Under the pieces are notes generated by a model that was not told where the DNA came from, did no database searches, and saw nothing but the letters and a program-made list of their open reading frames with translations. This document shows positions 25,252 through 27,980 of a stretch of DNA of 27,980 bases, piece after piece (the stretch's first letter is position 1; every line of letters starts with the position of its first letter). This DNA comes from Deltaproteobacteria bacterium (lineage in GTDB: Bacteria; Myxococcota_A; UBA9160; SMWR01): NCBI GenBank assembly GCA_032128375.1, contig JAQBGU010000102.1, forward strand, positions 1 to 27,980, in the 5' to 3' direction. The position numbers and the translations under genes are program-made.

Positions 25252-27243
25252 CTACTTCTCTGGCGCGGGTTCGACCACCAGCAGCAGGGTTCCCGCTTCG
25301 ACCTGCTCTTCGAGAGTGACGTGCACTTCGGTGACGACGCCATCGTCCGTGGCGCGCATCGGGTGTTCCATTTTCATCGCTTCGAGCACGAGCACCGTGT
25401 CGCCGGCACTCACACGGTCGCCCACCTTCACACGCAGATCGATCACCTTGCCGGGCATTTGTGCGACGAATCCACCCTCGGTTGCTTCGGGTACGGGCAG
25501 CGTGAAGCGGGGTCGCTCGCCAAACACGAGGTCACCGCCCCGCCACTGGACGATGAGCAGGCTGCCGCTGCGCGTCACGCGCGACCGGCTGCGCCGTCCG
25601 CCGATTTCGACGTCGATGCTGTCGCCGCACCAAGCGTGAACCCGGGCGGTCGTGCCATCAGCGAAGCGGAAGCGTCCATCGCGAAGTGTGCGGTACTGCA
25701 CCGTCACACTCGTGTCGCCGTGGTCGAGCACGAGCTTCTGGTCGGACAACCGAGCGTTGCGCCAACCCGACGGCGTCGTGCCGAGCACGTTGGCGTTCGA
25801 GCGGTTGAAACCTTGTACCCACAACGCAGCCAGCTGGGCCGTGCGTGTTCGTTCGTCATCGCTGGGTTCGAGCGAGCGTGCCGGTCCGACACGGTCGATG
25901 AAGTCCGTCGTTGTATCGCCTGCGAGAAATTCGGGTGTGCGCAGCGTCGTTACCAGGAAGTCGCGATTGCTGGTGACACCCCCGAGATGGCTGCGCGCCA
26001 GTGCCAGCGCGAGCCGGCCTGCGGCCTCGGCACGCGTGGGCGCGTGAGCGATCACTTTTGCGAGCATGGGGTCGAAGTCGATCCCGACCACCGAGCCGCT
26101 CGAGACGCCCGAGTCCCAGCGCACTTCCGGCGTTGCCGCGGGCGCGAATGCGACCAGCGTGCCGGTGGCGGGAAGGAAGTCGTTCGCCGGATCTTCGGCG
26201 TAGAGGCGAGCCTCGATCGCCGAGCCGCTGAAGTGGATATCGCTTTGGGCGTATCCAAGTGGTTCGCCCGCGGCGATTCGAATTTGCTCACGCACGAGAT
26301 CGATTCCGGTCACCATCTCGGTGACCGGGTGCTCCACTTGCAGACGGGTGTTCACCTCCAGGAAGAAAAACTCGCCGGAATCGTCGTCGAGCAGGAACTC
26401 GACGGTTCCAGCTGATTGATAACCGAGTTCGCGGGCAAGTCGCAGCGCGGCTTCGCACATCGCCTCTCGCTGTTCTGCATCGAGGCGCGAGGAGGGCGAC
26501 TCTTCGATGATTTTCTGGTGCCGGCGCTGGATGGAGCACTCGCGTTCACCGAGGTGTACGACGTTGCCATACCCGTCGCCGAGAATCTGGATTTCAATGT
26601 GACGCGCGACGGCGACGTAGCGCTCCAGGAAGACGCGGTCGTCGCCAAAACTGTTCTTGGCTTCGCGCCTGGCGGCTGCGAGCGACTCTTCGAGGGTGTC
26701 CGGCGACTCGACGATGCGCATGCCCTTACCACCACCGCCCGCTGCAGCCTTGACCAGTAGCGGGTAGCCGACCTTCTCTGCTTGGATCGAAAGCGCTTCT
26801 GTTGAACGTTTCTTGCTGGAAGGTTCTCCGGCCGGGAGCCCTGCAGTTGGATCGGCTGCGCTGGGCAGCGTTCGAACCTGCGCCTTTTCTGCCAGCGCCT
26901 TCGCGGCGATCTTGTCTCCCATCTGCTCGATGCACTCGGGCGATGGGCCCACCCAGGCCATGCCCGCAGCGCCGACTCGGGCCGCAAACCCGGCGTTCTC
27001 GGATAGGAAGCCGTAACCCGGGTGCACGGCATCTGCACCCATCGCCCTGGCGGCTTCGACGATGGCCGGGACATCGAGATAGGAGGTGTCGAGTCGCATG
27101 GCCTCGTCGGCGTCTTGCACGAAGGGCGCATCGGCGTCTGCATCGACGTACACCACCACGCAGCGAATTCCCATGTCGCGGGCGGTGCGAATCACCCTGC
27201 GGGCGATCTCGCCTCGGTTCGCCACTAGCAACGTCGAAATCAT
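25252..27243 (-). CDS. Acyl-CoA carboxylase alpha subunit (biotin carboxylase + biotin carrier), AtuF/MCC-like
   Basis: ANRGEIA, HPGYGFLSEN, GGGGKGMR, RECSIQRRHQK, EVNTRLQVEH and EAMKM (biotin Lys). Confidence 0.96.
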   Translation of the reverse strand: MISTLLVANRGEIARRVIRTARDMGIRCVVVYVDADADAPFVQDADEAMRLDTSYLDVPAIVEAARAMGADAVHPGYGFLSENAGFAARVGAAGMAWVGPSPECIEQMGDKIAAKALAEKAQVRTLPSAADPTAGLPAGEPSSKKRSTEALSIQAEKVGYPLLVKAAAGGGGKGMRIVESPDTLEESLAAARREAKNSFGDDRVFLERYVAVARHIEIQILGDGYGNVVHLGERECSIQRRHQKIIEESPSSRLDAEQREAMCEAALRLARELGYQSAGTVEFLLDDDSGEFFFLEVNTRLQVEHPVTEMVTGIDLVREQIRIAAGEPLGYAQSDIHFSGSAIEARLYAEDPANDFLPATGTLVAFAPAATPEVRWDSGVSSGSVVGIDFDPMLAKVIAHAPTRAEAAGRLALALARSHLGGVTSNRDFLVTTLRTPEFLAGDTTTDFIDRVGPARSLEPSDDERTRTAQLAALWVQGFNRSNANVLGTTPSGWRNARLSDQKLVLDHGDTSVTVQYRTLRDGRFRFADGTTARVHAWCGDSIDVEIGGRRSRSRVTRSGSLLIVQWRGGDLVFGERPRFTLPVPEATEGGFVAQMPGKVIDLRVKVGDRVSAGDTVLVLEAMKMEHPMRATDDGVVTEVHVTLEEQVEAGTLLLVVEPAPEK

Positions 27244-27980
27244 AACCGGAACACTCCGTAGCCGGCGGCGCCTTCGATGGGCTTGTTGCGTACAACCGAC
27301 AGGCAGATACCGAGTACCGTCCGTGTGTCGCGGGGGTCGATGATGCCATCGTCGCTGATTGCGCCGCTGGCTTCGAGCGCGACCGAGCCCCGCTCCTGCG
27401 CGGCCTCGACGGCTGCGCGAATCTGGGCGTCCGCTTCCTCGTCGAAGGGCTCGCCCTTTCGCTCGGCTTGGCCACGGCGCACGATCGACATGACGCCGGC
27501 GATCTGCTTTCCACCCATCACGGCGATCTTGGCGCTCGGCCAGATGAACGTGAAGCGGTTGTTGAACGCGCGTCCCGACATCGCGTAGGTGCCGGCGCCG
27601 TACGAAGCGCCCACGATCACCGTCAGGTGCGGGACCTCGGAATTCGTGACCGCATTGATGAGCTGCGAACCCTTCTTGATCATGCCCGCCTGCTCGTAGG
27701 CACGGCCCACGATAAAACCGGTCAGATTCTGCAGAAATACCAGTGGCAGATCGATTTGATTGCAGAGCTGCACGAAGTGAGCCCCCTTTTCGGCCGACTC
27801 GGGATAAATCACGCCGTTGTTACCGATGACGCCCACCGGATAGCCGTGGATGGAGGCGAAGCCGCAAACCAGTGTCGGCCCGTAGCGGGGGCTTGAACTC
27901 CTCGAAGCGCGACCCATCGACGATGCGCCCGATCACGTCGCGAATCTCCACCGTGCGACGCAGATCCTTGTCCACGATGC
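27240..27980 (-). CDS. Acyl-CoA carboxylase carboxyltransferase subunit (5' part outside the window) with an apparent +1 frameshift at G5 27887-27891
   Basis: The upstream frame reads IVDKDLRRTVEIRDVIGRIVDGSRFEEFKP. The downstream frame reads RYGPTLVCGF...QNLTGF...GASYGAG...DDGIIDPRDTR...YGVFRL. Confidence 0.9.

Noticed and set aside
26780..26860. Insertion in the biotin carboxylase (AGLPAGEPSSKKRSTEALS)
   Set aside because: It is in frame and falls in a linker that is naturally variable in length before the GYP motif.

Overview
GC-rich bacterial chromosomal segment, densely coding. It is dominated by lipid/terpenoid/xenobiotic-type catabolic genes: an amidohydrolase (partial), an aldehyde dehydrogenase, a beta-lactamase-fold esterase, a frameshifted haloalkane-dehalogenase-like hydrolase, a TetR-Rieske oxygenase pair, two tandem PhyH-type Fe(II)/2OG dioxygenases, a GH29 fucosidase and a lipoprotein sulfatase-like protein. 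Divergent from these lies a run of enoyl-CoA hydratase, SDR, APH/EcKL-type kinase, P450 and Cof phosphatase, followed by a GFA protein, a spermidine-synthase-like methyltransferase, a HAD/acyltransferase fusion, a flavoprotein and an Atu-like carboxylase-AtuA-TetR operon. I see no mobile element, CRISPR array, rRNA or canonical tRNA. The most notable observations are: the kinase/P450/phosphatase module; a 12-unit graded 12-bp array that ends in the RBS of that module; a predicted H-type pseudoknot before the SDR RBS; a triple-palindrome TetR operator candidate; recurrent short intergenic tandem duplications; and three frameshifted genes, two of them at G5 runs. Substrate assignments are inference only, and no database search was run.
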